Part shown: positions 1 to 9,599 of the stretch, in pieces | Layout of the letters: each line of letters starts with the position of its first letter | Numbering within the stretch: the stretch's first letter is position 1 | IMG/VR virus record: IMGVR_UViG_3300022468_000772 | Coordinates: 86,224 to 150,223 of that record | Direction: 5' to 3' (one strand) | Source: a virus | Lineage: Duplodnaviria > Heunggongvirae > Uroviricota > Caudoviricetes | Length of the DNA stretch: 64,000 bases | The notes under the pieces: generated by a model | Seen by the model: the letters and a program-made list of their open reading frames with translations, nothing else | Told to the model about the DNA's origin: nothing | Database searches by the model: none | Program-made: the position numbers and the translations under genes

Positions 1-2
1 CT

Positions 3-185
3 ATCCAACAACTCGTTTCTTTGAACCTGATTCCAAAGACTGGCTACAAGATGGGTAAGGCATTCCCTGCCGGTTTTAAGCCTGCTGTTTCTGTCTCTAA
101 TGACATTTGGAAGAAGCTGCCTCTGTTTATTCAGGTGCGCTACGAATACAATCCTGTCAATGGTAGCCACATCTTTAAGGGATAA
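3..185 (+). CDS. 3' fragment of a gene starting upstream of the window (hypothetical protein)
   Basis: Frame open from the window edge to TAA at 183-185; no start codon in the window. Confidence 0.35.
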   Translation: MQQLVSLNLIPKTGYKMGKAFPAGFKPAVSVSNDIWKKLPLFIQVRYEYNPVNGSHIFKG

Positions 186-186
186 T

Positions 187-214
187 TTGACATACTGATC
201 TTTCATAGTAGAAT
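187..214 (+). promoter_or_regulatory. sigma70-type promoter upstream of the tRNA
   Basis: TTGACA (187-192), 16-nt spacer, TAGAAT (209-214), about 10 nt before the tRNA 5' end. Confidence 0.45.
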
Positions 215-224
215 TGATCTTGAT

Positions 225-300
225 GGGAGTTTAGTTAAGCGGTTATAACACAGAACTCATAATTCTGCAGTCTTGGGTTCGAATCCCGACGCTCCCACCA
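225..300 (+). tRNA. tRNA-Met (anticodon CAT; could be elongator Met or lysidine-modified Ile), CCA encoded
   Basis: Manual cloverleaf: acceptor GGGAGTT/CGCTCCC; D-stem GTTA/TAAC; anticodon stem CAGAA/TTCTG with loop CTCATAA; T-loop TTCGAAT; A73 then CCA at 298-300. Confidence 0.8.
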
Positions 301-312
301 TTTTAATTAACT

Positions 313-570
313 ATGAAAGAAAATATGAACTACACTCCACAAAATAACTACATCATTGTCCGTAAAGAGGCAGCAACTACAGCTACATCTTCTGGTATCA
401 TTCTTACTACAGCACAAGGTGCTGATAACGCTAAGGTTATTGCCGTTTCCGAAGATATCAAATCTGTTAATGTTGGCGACACACTGCTGATTCGTTGGTC
501 TAATGCTCTTAAAATCGATGGTGATTTGTATGCTGTTGACTTCAAAGAAGTCGTAACAAAGATTTGGTAA
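313..570 (+). CDS. GroES-like co-chaperonin (Cpn10 / T4 gp31 analogue)
   Basis: 85 aa. YIIVRKE...TSSGIILT...AKVIAV...VNVGDTLLI...KIDGDLYAV matches the GroES beta-barrel and mobile-loop layout. Confidence 0.5.
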   Translation: MKENMNYTPQNNYIIVRKEAATTATSSGIILTTAQGADNAKVIAVSEDIKSVNVGDTLLIRWSNALKIDGDLYAVDFKEVVTKIW

Positions 571-881
571 TCATGGGAATTTCAACAAGCGCTAGACTTA
601 TGGTTGGTTGTCAATATGACGAATTAACACAAACCCTTGATGATGAAGAACTTGAGCAACTGAATACTGATTTAAATGATGGTGTTTTAGATTACGCAAG
701 CCCTTGGTATGATGCTGATCGAGAAGACTGGTTTGTTGGTTATTGTGTTTCTAAGCAAACAGATGCTGATAAACTAGGTTTTTTGATTGGTGAGATTAAT
801 GTATCCACCAACGATTTTAAGAATCGATTTAAATCCGCATCACATCTGATTAAAATTAAGGCATGTGCTAATGTTATGTGA
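564..881 (+). CDS. hypothetical protein
   Basis: 105-aa ORF; start may be the M at 573; overlaps neighbours by 4-7 nt. Confidence 0.4.
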   Translation: MVIMGISTSARLMVGCQYDELTQTLDDEELEQLNTDLNDGVLDYASPWYDADREDWFVGYCVSKQTDADKLGFLIGEINVSTNDFKNRFKSASHLIKIKACANVM

Positions 882-889
882 AGGTTAAT

Positions 890-1378
890 ATGGCTAAAAT
901 ATTTTTTGATTCTGATGGCGTAGCTGCAGATATGGATGAATGGATTGACAATAATATGCCATCCATTCGTGGTATGGATGATGCTAACTTTTGGGGCGCA
1001 TTATCTGAGGTTCCAAATCTGTTCAGCAATTTTCCGCCACTGTATGGATTCCAGCAAGTGATTGACGCATGTTTGGATGCTGGTCATGATCTGGAATGGC
1101 TGACAGCGACTCCATATCCTACAAAACATTTATGTACTGCAGGTAATGACAAACGGAAATATCTCCATAAGTATTTCTTCCCTGCTCTTCCGGTTTCTAC
1201 TATCTCTGGTGGAAAGAACAAGGTAAATTTTCTCCACGTTTACCCCAAAGCAGTGTTGATTGATGATTACAAGCGTAACATCGATATGTGGAATGAAGCC
1301 GGTGGTATCGGTATTCTGCATGAGACTGGAAACACACAAAAAACTTTGGATATGTTGAAGATTCATGGCTTGATCTGA
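890..1378 (+). CDS. HAD-family 5'(3')-deoxyribonucleotidase-like nucleotidase
   Basis: IFFDSDGVAAD (HAD motif I DxDGV) and LIDDY (motif IV); RBS AAGG precedes the ATG at 890. Confidence 0.6.
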   Translation: MAKIFFDSDGVAADMDEWIDNNMPSIRGMDDANFWGALSEVPNLFSNFPPLYGFQQVIDACLDAGHDLEWLTATPYPTKHLCTAGNDKRKYLHKYFFPALPVSTISGGKNKVNFLHVYPKAVLIDDYKRNIDMWNEAGGIGILHETGNTQKTLDMLKIHGLI

Positions 1379-1641
1379 TATAATTTGTTTCATGCAAATA
1401 CATGAAATAACCTTTGGTCGATTCACAGATTATGTTTTGTTTATCATGGGCTTGAATGCTCGTGGTTACATTCATTTGAATGAGGGATTGACTAGACAAG
1501 CTATGAATCGTCTTGAACAAGAGAAAAGTTTTGTGACAAGTTTTGCAGGTCAAACAACGATGAAAATCAATTTTGTTGATGTATCAATCATCGACATGCA
1601 TAAAGAATTTAAAACAAGCGATAGAAAGAAATGGGGCCACA

Positions 1642-2061
1642 ATGAGCTTAATGGAACAGATCAAGCGTGATCAATTGGAATTTCGCAAGCAACGTCAATC
1701 GGTTGAAGTCAGTGTTCTGACTACACTGATTGGTGAGGCTTCGGCAATCGGTAAGAACAACGGTAATCGTGAAACTACCGATGCTGAAGTCATCGCACTG
1801 GTGAAGAAATTTCTGGATAACAATATTGCTACTATTAAACTATTAGCTATTGATAATACTCAGGTTGATGTGTTAAACACAGAAAATGCTGCTTTGCAGG
1901 TTTACTTGCCAAAGCAAATGTCTGAGCAAGAAATTCGTGATGCATTGGCGACATGTAGCAAGGAACTTGGAAAGATCATGGGACACTTTAAGAAGGCGTT
2001 CCCTGGCATGTATGATGGTACCCTTGTCTCTCGACTTGCTAAAGAATATGTAGCGAGTTAA
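1642..2061 (+). CDS. GatB/YqeY-domain protein
   Basis: MSLMEQIKRDQLEFRK ... GKIMGHFKKAFPGMYDGTLVSRLAKEYV matches the YqeY family; start taken at the internal M. Confidence 0.6.
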   Translation: MSLMEQIKRDQLEFRKQRQSVEVSVLTTLIGEASAIGKNNGNRETTDAEVIALVKKFLDNNIATIKLLAIDNTQVDVLNTENAALQVYLPKQMSEQEIRDALATCSKELGKIMGHFKKAFPGMYDGTLVSRLAKEYVAS

Positions 2062-2062
2062 T

Positions 2063-2284
2063 ATGAGTGAAGATGTTGCAATCTATGGGGTTAACAAATC
2101 CACAGGTGTTATGGAATTTTTAGGAAAAACATCAACACCACCAAGTATGAAACAACGAGAAATCGCTGTCGAATATTTTGGGAATTTTGAAGATGATGAT
2201 GGATCAGACGCAGAAATGATGTTTGGTGCATTGGAACAGTATCATAATTGGCTAGTCTCACAAGGTTGGAAAAAAGTTAATTAA
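2063..2284 (+). CDS. hypothetical protein
   Basis: 73-aa ORF tightly packed between yqeY-like and denV. Confidence 0.4.
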   Translation: MSEDVAIYGVNKSTGVMEFLGKTSTPPSMKQREIAVEYFGNFEDDDGSDAEMMFGALEQYHNWLVSQGWKKVN

Positions 2285-2685
2285 TGACCCGAATTAATTC
2301 AAATATTCCACCTTCGGAATTGACTAGAGTACATCTAGTTGCTGAACTGCGTGAAATCACTATGGTGCCTGCCAGTTTGAAACGTTCTTTGCGTACTAAA
2401 ACACCCAAAGACGTTTTGATTGGCATTCCTAAAAATTTCACATTAAATGCAGGTCATGTCAAGTTTTTCCATAACAAGTTAGGCTTTCTCCAGAAGCGCT
2501 TCCATGCACTGGCTGATGAAATGGAGCGGCGCGGTTATACACCTGATAGAAGCCGTGATGTTGCCTTTACAGGCTTCGATGAAGAGTGGATGAACGACTG
2601 GCAATCAACAAAGGTTGACGATGACATAGTTCGCGATAGAATAGCTCTTCGCATATCAGAAAAACCGCATCTGTATAAAGATTGA
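2284..2685 (+). CDS. denV: pyrimidine-dimer DNA glycosylase (endonuclease V)
   Basis: N-terminus MTRINSNIPPSELTRVHLVAELREI matches T4 EndoV [31 protein letters not shown] and LGFLQKR are conserved. Confidence 0.85.
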   Translation: MTRINSNIPPSELTRVHLVAELREITMVPASLKRSLRTKTPKDVLIGIPKNFTLNAGHVKFFHNKLGFLQKRFHALADEMERRGYTPDRSRDVAFTGFDEEWMNDWQSTKVDDDIVRDRIALRISEKPHLYKD

Positions 2686-2701
2686 CATAAGAAAGAATTA
2701 C

Positions 2702-3634
2702 ATGTTTGAAAATTTAGTTTGGGAACAACGCTATAGACCAAAGACTATTAGCGACACTATTTTGCCGCCATCCACCAAGAAAATGTTGAACGATATTATC
2801 AAGACCGGTAATATTCCCAATATGTTGTTTGCTGGCTCCGGTGGTATCGGTAAGACAACTGCAGCACGTGCTATTGCTGATGAAGTTGATGCAGAAATGC
2901 TTTACATTAACGCATCGCTTGAAGGTAATATCGATACGATCCGCACAACGCTCACACAGTTCGTGAGTACCGTTTCCATGGAAGACCGTCGCAAAATTGT
3001 TTTGCTTGATGAATCCGATTATCTCTCGAATTCCGCACAGCCTGCTTTACGTGGGTTTCTGGATGAATTCTCCAGTAATGCATCTTTCATTTTCACCTGC
3101 AACTTCCCACAGCGTATTATTGATCCGTTGATTTCTCGTTTGCAAGTTATCGACTTCAAATTTGCCAAGACCGAAAAGGTCGATGCAATGAAGCAGATGC
3201 TATCACGTGCGGAATATGTTCTCACAACCGAAGGCATCACCTATGATAAAAAGGCTGTCGCAACACTGGTTGGTAAGTATTTTCCTGATTTCCGTAAGAC
3301 TCTGGGCCAACTTCAGAAGTTCTCTACTTCCGGTGAGATTACATCCGATATCCTGAGTTTTGGGGATGGTTCTGACATTGATGAACTGATTGGCTACGTG
3401 AAGGATAAAAACTTCTCAAAATGCCGCCAGTGGGTCGCTAATAGCTCTCCAGACGCATCAACGTTCTATCGTGCTATCTACGACAAGCTGCTGCCTATTT
3501 TGGTACCTGCAAGCATTCCTCCTGTCATTTTGGCTATTGCTGAATCTCAGTATCGTGCAAGTGCTACAATCGATCCAGAAATCAACACGGTTGCTTTCCT
3601 GATCCAACTAATGTCAACAGCACAATTTAAATGA
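2702..3634 (+). CDS. 44: clamp-loader large subunit (RFC-like AAA+ ATPase)
   Basis: EQRYRPKTISD, Walker A GSGGIGKTT, LLDESD and SRLQVIDF are collinear with T4 gp44. Confidence 0.9.
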   Translation: MFENLVWEQRYRPKTISDTILPPSTKKMLNDIIKTGNIPNMLFAGSGGIGKTTAARAIADEVDAEMLYINASLEGNIDTIRTTLTQFVSTVSMEDRRKIVLLDESDYLSNSAQPALRGFLDEFSSNASFIFTCNFPQRIIDPLISRLQVIDFKFAKTEKVDAMKQMLSRAEYVLTTEGITYDKKAVATLVGKYFPDFRKTLGQLQKFSTSGEITSDILSFGDGSDIDELIGYVKDKNFSKCRQWVANSSPDASTFYRAIYDKLLPILVPASIPPVILAIAESQYRASATIDPEINTVAFLIQLMSTAQFK

Positions 3635-4083
3635 AATACACTAGATCGATATTAGGATTTTCTGGCGAGTATCGATTTCTTTCTAACTTCTACCCAATTG
3701 AGTTTGAAGTAGATGGTGAGTTGTATACATCATCAGAGCAATACTACATGGCTGCTAAATGTGCAGACCCTCTGGAACGTGCTAAGATAATGGCTTTCGA
3801 CAAACCAAGTCTAATCAAGAAATTGGGTAGCAAGGTTAAGCTGGTTGAAGGTTGGGATGATGGATTGCGCGACAAAGCGATGATGACTGCTTTGAAGGCT
3901 AAATTCTCGACCCACTTAAAAGGTAGTCTGTATATGACTACCGGTGCCTATCTAGAAGAAACCAATCATTGGAACGATACCTATTGGGGTGTCTGTGACG
4001 GTGTTGGTCAAAATAAATTAGGTCGCATGTTGATGTGGTTGCGTGACCATCATCTGTTTAAAAATTTCGAGGATTGTCCTTAA
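3631..4083 (+). CDS. NADAR / YbiA-like (DUF1768) domain protein
   Basis: FSGEYRFLSNFYPIEFEVDGELYTSSEQYYMAAK is the NADAR signature; ATGA overlap with gene 44 and 10-nt overlap with gene 62. Confidence 0.7.
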   Translation: MKYTRSILGFSGEYRFLSNFYPIEFEVDGELYTSSEQYYMAAKCADPLERAKIMAFDKPSLIKKLGSKVKLVEGWDDGLRDKAMMTALKAKFSTHLKGSLYMTTGAYLEETNHWNDTYWGVCDGVGQNKLGRMLMWLRDHHLFKNFEDCP

Positions 4084-4487
4084 TGCCCTCCCCATTTGAT
4101 TACGTAAAATCATTTACATCCACAAAGGTGAACCTGTATGAGACAGAATCACTTTTCATAAAGGATTATGTACCCTTTGTTGTCAATCGTGCCCTGTCAA
4201 ATGATCCTAGGTGCGCTTTATTCGTGGATGCCATAGCTACCTACCCAGACCTAGATAAAAAGCTGCAGCACGACTTCTATTTCTATGGCCTACCCAAGTT
4301 GAAGACTGGTAGCATGTGGACAAAGAAACAGGATGCCGAACTGAATATGGATCATGTCAAGATACTGGCAACTGATCTTAATGTATCGATAGAAAGAGCT
4401 ATTGAGCTACTACCTTTGATTGACGAAGAAGAATTGGTTAACTATGCCAAACTACAGGGTGGCAAAGTGGGTAAGCGCGGGAAATAG
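4074..4487 (+). CDS. 62: clamp-loader small subunit
   Basis: NRALSNDPRCALFVDAIATYP aligns with T4 gp62 ENALSQFPECMPAVYAM; position right after gene 44. Confidence 0.7.
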   Translation: MSLMPSPFDYVKSFTSTKVNLYETESLFIKDYVPFVVNRALSNDPRCALFVDAIATYPDLDKKLQHDFYFYGLPKLKTGSMWTKKQDAELNMDHVKILATDLNVSIERAIELLPLIDEEELVNYAKLQGGKVGKRGK

Positions 4488-4499
4488 TAGCATAAATAT

Positions 4500-4526
4500 G
4501 TTCATGTTAAACTCTATATCATGAAC
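4500..4526 (+). promoter_or_regulatory. hairpin in the regA 5' leader (possible translational operator)
   Basis: GTTCATG ... CATGAAC, 7-bp stem with AU-rich loop, 4 nt before the regA ATG. Confidence 0.25.
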
Positions 4527-4530
4527 TATT

Positions 4531-4926
4531 ATGTCAGAAAACTTTGAATACGGTGTTGAAATCACTCTTCCCAAACCAGACTCCTTTGCTATCATTGTCG
4601 AGTCATTGACTCGTATCGGCATCAAATCCAAAAAATCCAATACCCTGTATCAAAGCTGCAGTTTGCTTCATAGGCGTGGTAAGTATTACATCATGCACTA
4701 TAAGGAATTTTTCAAGATTGATGGTAAACATGCTGAGATTGATGAAGAAGATTTACGTAGGCGGAATGAGATTACCAAGCTACTTGCCAAATGGGGACTC
4801 TGTGTTATAGTTGATAAAGATTCGGTTGCACTGGCAACACCAGAAACTCCGATTGATATTATTCCATTCAAAGTTAAAAAAGAATGGGCATTAATTCCTA
4901 AATACACGGTAGGTAAAAAGAAATAA
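4531..4926 (+). CDS. regA: translational repressor of early genes RegA
   Basis: LTRIGI, LYQSC.LL...G.YYI.H.KE and KEW.L.PKYT.G are collinear with T4 RegA. Confidence 0.85.
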   Translation: MSENFEYGVEITLPKPDSFAIIVESLTRIGIKSKKSNTLYQSCSLLHRRGKYYIMHYKEFFKIDGKHAEIDEEDLRRRNEITKLLAKWGLCVIVDKDSVALATPETPIDIIPFKVKKEWALIPKYTVGKKK

Positions 4927-4941
4927 GGTGAAACAAATATT

Positions 4942-5391
4942 ATGATTGATGTGAAATTTTTAGAACAGTTTGTCAGTAAATTGGATTTAAAAAACCCAAC
5001 CTTGGATAACAACTTTTATATATCAAAGGTTCAGAAAATAGCGTCAACCAGACTTATTGGTATGAATTTACCAAGAATGAGCGGAAAGACTGATGCTCTT
5101 GAACAATATGCACTGACTCGATCTGCATTACGTTTTGATGGTGTTCGGTGTAGATTTGTAACCCGCTTTGGAAATGAAAGTTATTTTGATAATTCTTTCA
5201 CCATAGGTAGTTTCCGTGGGCAACGTAGCAACGGTTTGAAATATCAATGCTGTGTGGCTGACGAATTCAATCTTCATATGAGAAAAGAAGGGGTTAAAGA
5301 TTTTTTCTGGCAAACTATCATTGATCTAAATAATGCAAATATGTTGACCGATGATTTTTATATCCTATATCTTGGTACTGAATTAGTATGA
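4942..5391 (+). CDS. hypothetical protein
   Basis: 149-aa ORF. Confidence 0.4.
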   Translation: MIDVKFLEQFVSKLDLKNPTLDNNFYISKVQKIASTRLIGMNLPRMSGKTDALEQYALTRSALRFDGVRCRFVTRFGNESYFDNSFTIGSFRGQRSNGLKYQCCVADEFNLHMRKEGVKDFFWQTIIDLNNANMLTDDFYILYLGTELV

Positions 5392-5615
5392 TCGATGACG
5401 GAAAAGGCCCCATTAACCAGATGTTAGATTCTGCACCACCAAGAGTATTCGGTGGTCGGTTTTTAGTCAAAGGCTCGACCTTCGATAATGGTGTTGACAA
5501 ACCATCTATCATGATTATAGTTACTGATCTGATTGACAAAAACTTTAAGATCAAATTCTTTAAGGATGCTGAATCTGCTGCCAGCTACCTTAAACTTCTC
5601 GACGCAGCAAAATAA
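5388..5615 (+). CDS. hypothetical protein
   Basis: 75-aa ORF; ATGA overlap with the previous ORF. Confidence 0.35.
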   Translation: MIDDGKGPINQMLDSAPPRVFGGRFLVKGSTFDNGVDKPSIMIIVTDLIDKNFKIKFFKDAESAASYLKLLDAAK

Positions 5616-5629
5616 AAGGAAATATCATT

Positions 5630-5914
5630 ATGAGTATCGTGCAAACATCCCAAATCAACTTCCCTAACGATCCCGCAACCCTGAAGACCATTAAGGATGC
5701 ATTGTTTGAAATCAGCGCATCCATGACACGTGTAGAGGGTGAAAAAGATTTCCAGAAAGAAGCACTGAGTGATCTGGCTGAGAAAACCGAAGTGCCGGTC
5801 AAGTTTTTAAAGACATGTGCCTCCATTTACCATCGCCAGAATAAAGACCAAGTAGAAGGTGATAAAGAGGCAGTTTTTGAGCTTTATGACGCTATTTTTG
5901 GAGAGGCTTCTTAA
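5630..5914 (+). CDS. hypothetical protein
   Basis: 94-aa acidic ORF with RBS AAAGGAAAT. Confidence 0.4.
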   Translation: MSIVQTSQINFPNDPATLKTIKDALFEISASMTRVEGEKDFQKEALSDLAEKTEVPVKFLKTCASIYHRQNKDQVEGDKEAVFELYDAIFGEAS

Positions 5915-6836
5915 TAGCGTACCAACCTCTAAAAGGTACAACTTTATCTAAATGGTGGTTCATTTTAATAGGTGATCCACCATTTCTATATGATATTCGT
6001 AGTGCCGATTCTGGTAGACCATTTTCATTACAGTATTCGATAAAGTTACCGACTGCAGTGTGACGCAAAATACCAAGTTCATCAAAAATTTCAATAATCG
6101 AAGCAGTATTTGAGTTTGAACCTGATACCGCCAGTTTGTGATTTTCTTTATGTGTTTCTGACCATTCGTTAGGAATACCTATTTTAGAATCTGAGATTTT
6201 TTTTCTATGTTCTTGTGAAAGCGGCACACCTTTATTAGGATTTGAATATGATGGATTTAAATCAGACATCTTCTGATTTTTATTCCAAACAGGCTTTTCT
6301 TTGCGTGTCTTTTTAAATTTTTCGATTGTTTCTTCTGAATGTTTCTTACCTTTCATTCCAGAAACACGACCTTTGAGTGATGCACTTATCTTTTTCTTTG
6401 TTGCTTCCGAAGGCTTTCTACGTTTTTTGACACCTGCGCGAATATTTTCTAGTGCTGCTCCAGTTCTTTTTGGGTATTTCTTACCCTTTAATTTTGAAGC
6501 AACACCTTTGAGTGGATTATACTTTTCATCATATGCCATTTTTGATGCAAAGGCTCTGTTAATATAAAGTGGATTATTTGGAGCATTAACTGCTTTCTGC
6601 AACTTATTTTCTTTCTCTGTTGCCTCATCTCTCGTTTTAAATGTTTTTAAAATGATTGTTTTGAAAAGGTGAGGGCTTGTTGCTCTTTCTGAAGCCCAAA
6701 TGCTTTTAAACATTTTTGATGAAACACTACCGTTGTAGTTTTCATTTTGTATCCGGTTTACAGTTGTTGAGCCGATATAAAAAGGTGGAAGTTTGTTACC
6801 ACTATAGATAGTGAGATAGACGCAATAAATAGACAT
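5892..6836 (-). CDS. GIY-YIG homing endonuclease (Seg-like) with NUMOD3-type DNA-binding repeats
   Basis: IYCVYLTIY...FYIGST...R (GIY-x10-YIG-R); four repeats of S-E-x-x-K-K-I-S-x-S-x-K-G; opposite strand to flanking core genes. Confidence 0.75.
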   Translation of the reverse strand: MSIYCVYLTIYSGNKLPPFYIGSTTVNRIQNENYNGSVSSKMFKSIWASERATSPHLFKTIILKTFKTRDEATEKENKLQKAVNAPNNPLYINRAFASKMAYDEKYNPLKGVASKLKGKKYPKRTGAALENIRAGVKKRRKPSEATKKKISASLKGRVSGMKGKKHSEETIEKFKKTRKEKPVWNKNQKMSDLNPSYSNPNKGVPLSQEHRKKISDSKIGIPNEWSETHKENHKLAVSGSNSNTASIIEIFDELGILRHTAVGNFIEYCNENGLPESALRISYRNGGSPIKMNHHLDKVVPFRGWYAIKKPLQK

Positions 6837-6900
6837 GCTGATAGTTCCTTGTAAACTGTTAGAGGTCTTGGGTATTGGCGTACCGCGAAGACCATTTTTG

Positions 6901-6928
6901 TTGACTGTAGCGATTAGAGGGCTACAAT
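6901..6928 (+). promoter_or_regulatory. sigma70-like promoter for DNA polymerase gene 43
   Basis: TTGACT, 16 nt, TACAAT; followed by hairpin GTTTAC...GTAAAC and an AU-rich leader. Confidence 0.4.
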
Positions 6929-7001
6929 ATTATTTATTGTTTACGGAATGTCTACTCTGTAAACTTTGTGTAAAGTTTATGTAAAGGTGAAATAACTATT
7001 A

Positions 7002-9533
7002 ATGATCGAACAACAAATATATACACACGTTTCATCGCGATATGGAAAAATATTCTATCGTGGATATGAAATGAAGAATGGTAAAAAGGTTCGTGTACAT
7101 GGCAAGATTCCATTTTCTCCTACCATCTATCTTGAAACAGGTGAAGAGTCTGAATACAAGAGTATCTATGGTAAAAATCTGAAGCCAAAAAAGTTTGATA
7201 CCATTCCTGCAGCACGTGAGTATGTGAAGCAGTATAAGGATGTTCTCAAGCTGTACGGATATGAACCAAATCGTTGGCAGTATGAATTCATTGCCAAAAA
7301 CTATCCTAATCCAATGCAATCCATGGTGTCGGATTTGAAGGCTACAGGGTTCGATATTGAGACTCGTGTTGGGGTGAATGCGCCGCCGGGCGTACCTGAT
7401 CCCTACCTTGCCCTCGAAGAGATTACCCACATTGCTTTTGAGGATCATGCGACAGGTGAAATGGTCAGTTACACCACTGCACCTATCACCATCACAGAGC
7501 ATGAAGGCTGTAAACTGATTCGCTTCGATACTGAGGAAGAATTACTCGAAGCCATTATTCAATACATAGAGAAAGAAGACCCTGATATCATCTACGGTTT
7601 CTACTCCGAATTCTTTGATGTACCTTATCTTATCAACCGGATCAATCGGGTGTTGGGTGATGAAGTTGCAAATCGTCTGTCTCCATTTGGCATGATTGAC
7701 GAGCGTGAATACGAAGTGGATGAAGAGGTTCGTAAGGAATATACCATTGTTGGTAGAACACATTACGACATTCAAGCCATGTACCGAAAATTCGTTCTTC
7801 AGAAAGAAGAAAAGTACAGTTTGGATCATTTGGCAAAGGTGAATCTAGGCGTAGGTAAGCTGGAAAATCCATGCACGACATTCAAGCAGTTCAGTGAGTC
7901 CCCAGAGCATGTGAATCTGTTTGCACAGTACAACGTGATTGACACAAAACGTATGACACAGTTGGATAAGGCGAAGGGTCTGTTGGCTTTGGGTGTGATG
8001 CTGGCTTACACAATGAAATGCTCTTTTGAGGATGTGTATTCTCCGGTGCGGTATTGGGAGTGTAGTATCCAATCGATGCTGTTGAATGAGGGTAAGTTTG
8101 TTGCTATCAATCGGCAGAGCAATGGGAATGAGTCGATTCCGGGCGCGTATGTCTCAGAGCCAATTCCGGGCCTCTACGCATGGCTAATCTCCATCGATGC
8201 GGCATCGCTATACCCAAGCATTATGAAGGCTCTAAACCTGTCTCCCGAGACTCTGGTTGGTGTCAAGGATGGTGTCGATGTTGATCAACTTCTTTTGGGC
8301 AAAACACTCAAAGATTTTGGTATCACAGAAGACTATACACTGGCTGCTAACGGTGCCATGTTTAGAAAAGATGTGAAGGGTATCGTGCCACGTGTTGTTG
8401 ACTTTGCTCTGGGTGGTCGTAAGATTGCTAAGAACGAAATGTTGCGATTGAAGCAACTTTACGTTGATACCGGTGATGCGCAATACAAGGTTAAATCTGA
8501 CATTCAGAACGTGCTTCAGAACGCGCTTAAAACGGGCGCTAACAGTTTGTACGGAGTGTTCTTACAGCAAGGCTTCATGTTCTATGATCCTCGCCTTGGA
8601 AAGGCTATTACGCTGTCTGGTCAGTACATCATCATGAAGGTAGGTAGTCACTGTGATAAACGGTTCAATGAATTCTTCAAAACCGATAACCTGACATACA
8701 CTTTCTACAGCGATACCGATAGCTGCTACTTGAACATGCAGCCGGTGGTTGATAAGTATTGGAAGGATCAGCCCGACATGAAAATCGTGGATGCTCTGGA
8801 CAAGTTGATGGAAACAAAACTGCGACCATTTATCAACGAAGCTACTGATGAAATTGCAAGAGTGCAGAATCACTATGACAAGACCATCCACTTTAAACGT
8901 GAAGCAATTTCTTCTTCTGGTTTCTGGTGTGCAAAAAAGAAGTACGCTATCAAAGTGTATGACAACGAAGGTGTGCGATATCCAGAGGGTGATTACAAGA
9001 TCATGGGTATCGAAGTGGTGCGATCCAGTACACCACAGCTAGTGCGTGACAGATTGAAAGAAGCTGTTAAACTGATTATTGATGGCAAGTTGCAAGAGAC
9101 ACGAGATTTTGCAGCGGCTGTTAGAAAAGAGTTTGATGGATGCTCGGTTGCGGAGATTGCGTTTCCGGGTGGCGCTAACAATCTCGCCAAATGGCGTGAT
9201 CCTAACAAGATTTACAACAAGGGCACACCAATCGCTGCTAAGGCTTCTTTGCTCTACAACAAACTGTTGGCAGGTGTGGAGAATGGTCTTGAAAAATACG
9301 ATGCGATTGGTGAGGGTGACAAAATTAAGTTCATTTACATTGATGAACCTAATCCCATTAGAGAAAAAATCATCGGCTTCATAGATGACTTGCCGGTTGA
9401 ATTTGGTCTACACAAATACATTGATAGAGCAGTTCAATACGAGAAGACTTTTAAGAATCCGTTGAACAATATTTTTAAGGCTGTTGGTTGGCAATTGGAA
9501 GAGCAAGTAACGCTTGACGAGTTTTTTGGGTAG
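7002..9533 (+). CDS. 43: family B DNA polymerase
   Basis: 843 aa. Exo I FDIET, exo II YGFYSEFFDVPYL, DAASLYPS (motif A), KTGANSLYG (motif B), YSDTDS (motif C); collinear with T4 gp43. Confidence 0.92.
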   Translation: MIEQQIYTHVSSRYGKIFYRGYEMKNGKKVRVHGKIPFSPTIYLETGEESEYKSIYGKNLKPKKFDTIPAAREYVKQYKDVLKLYGYEPNRWQYEFIAKNYPNPMQSMVSDLKATGFDIETRVGVNAPPGVPDPYLALEEITHIAFEDHATGEMVSYTTAPITITEHEGCKLIRFDTEEELLEAIIQYIEKEDPDIIYGFYSEFFDVPYLINRINRVLGDEVANRLSPFGMIDEREYEVDEEVRKEYTIVGRTHYDIQAMYRKFVLQKEEKYSLDHLAKVNLGVGKLENPCTTFKQFSESPEHVNLFAQYNVIDTKRMTQLDKAKGLLALGVMLAYTMKCSFEDVYSPVRYWECSIQSMLLNEGKFVAINRQSNGNESIPGAYVSEPIPGLYAWLISIDAASLYPSIMKALNLSPETLVGVKDGVDVDQLLLGKTLKDFGITEDYTLAANGAMFRKDVKGIVPRVVDFALGGRKIAKNEMLRLKQLYVDTGDAQYKVKSDIQNVLQNALKTGANSLYGVFLQQGFMFYDPRLGKAITLSGQYIIMKVGSHCDKRFNEFFKTDNLTYTFYSDTDSCYLNMQPVVDKYWKDQPDMKIVDALDKLMETKLRPFINEATDEIARVQNHYDKTIHFKREAISSSGFWCAKKKYAIKVYDNEGVRYPEGDYKIMGIEVVRSSTPQLVRDRLKEAVKLIIDGKLQETRDFAAAVRKEFDGCSVAEIAFPGGANNLAKWRDPNKIYNKGTPIAAKASLLYNKLLAGVENGLEKYDAIGEGDKIKFIYIDEPNPIREKIIGFIDDLPVEFGLHKYIDRAVQYEKTFKNPLNNIFKAVGWQLEEQVTLDEFFG

Positions 9534-9542
9534 ACGATAAAT

Positions 9543-9573
9543 ATAAGCATGGTTACAGGTAGACCATGCTTAT
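9543..9573 (+). promoter_or_regulatory. perfect 11-bp stem hairpin after the gene 43 stop
   Basis: ATAAGCATGGT / ACCATGCTTAT around loop TACAGGTAG; no T-tract follows, so terminator function is uncertain. Confidence 0.35.
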
Positions 9574-9599
9574 TAATCAACACTACCAAAAGGAAACTT

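Noticed and set aside
1392-1670. 92-aa ORF overlapping the start of the YqeY-like gene
   Set aside because: Different frame overlapping a well-supported start; more likely leader or regulatory sequence.
7032-8891. Several 70-156-aa minus-strand ORFs inside the DNA polymerase gene
   Set aside because: Antisense to a strongly supported conserved CDS; they lack RBS and have low-complexity composition.
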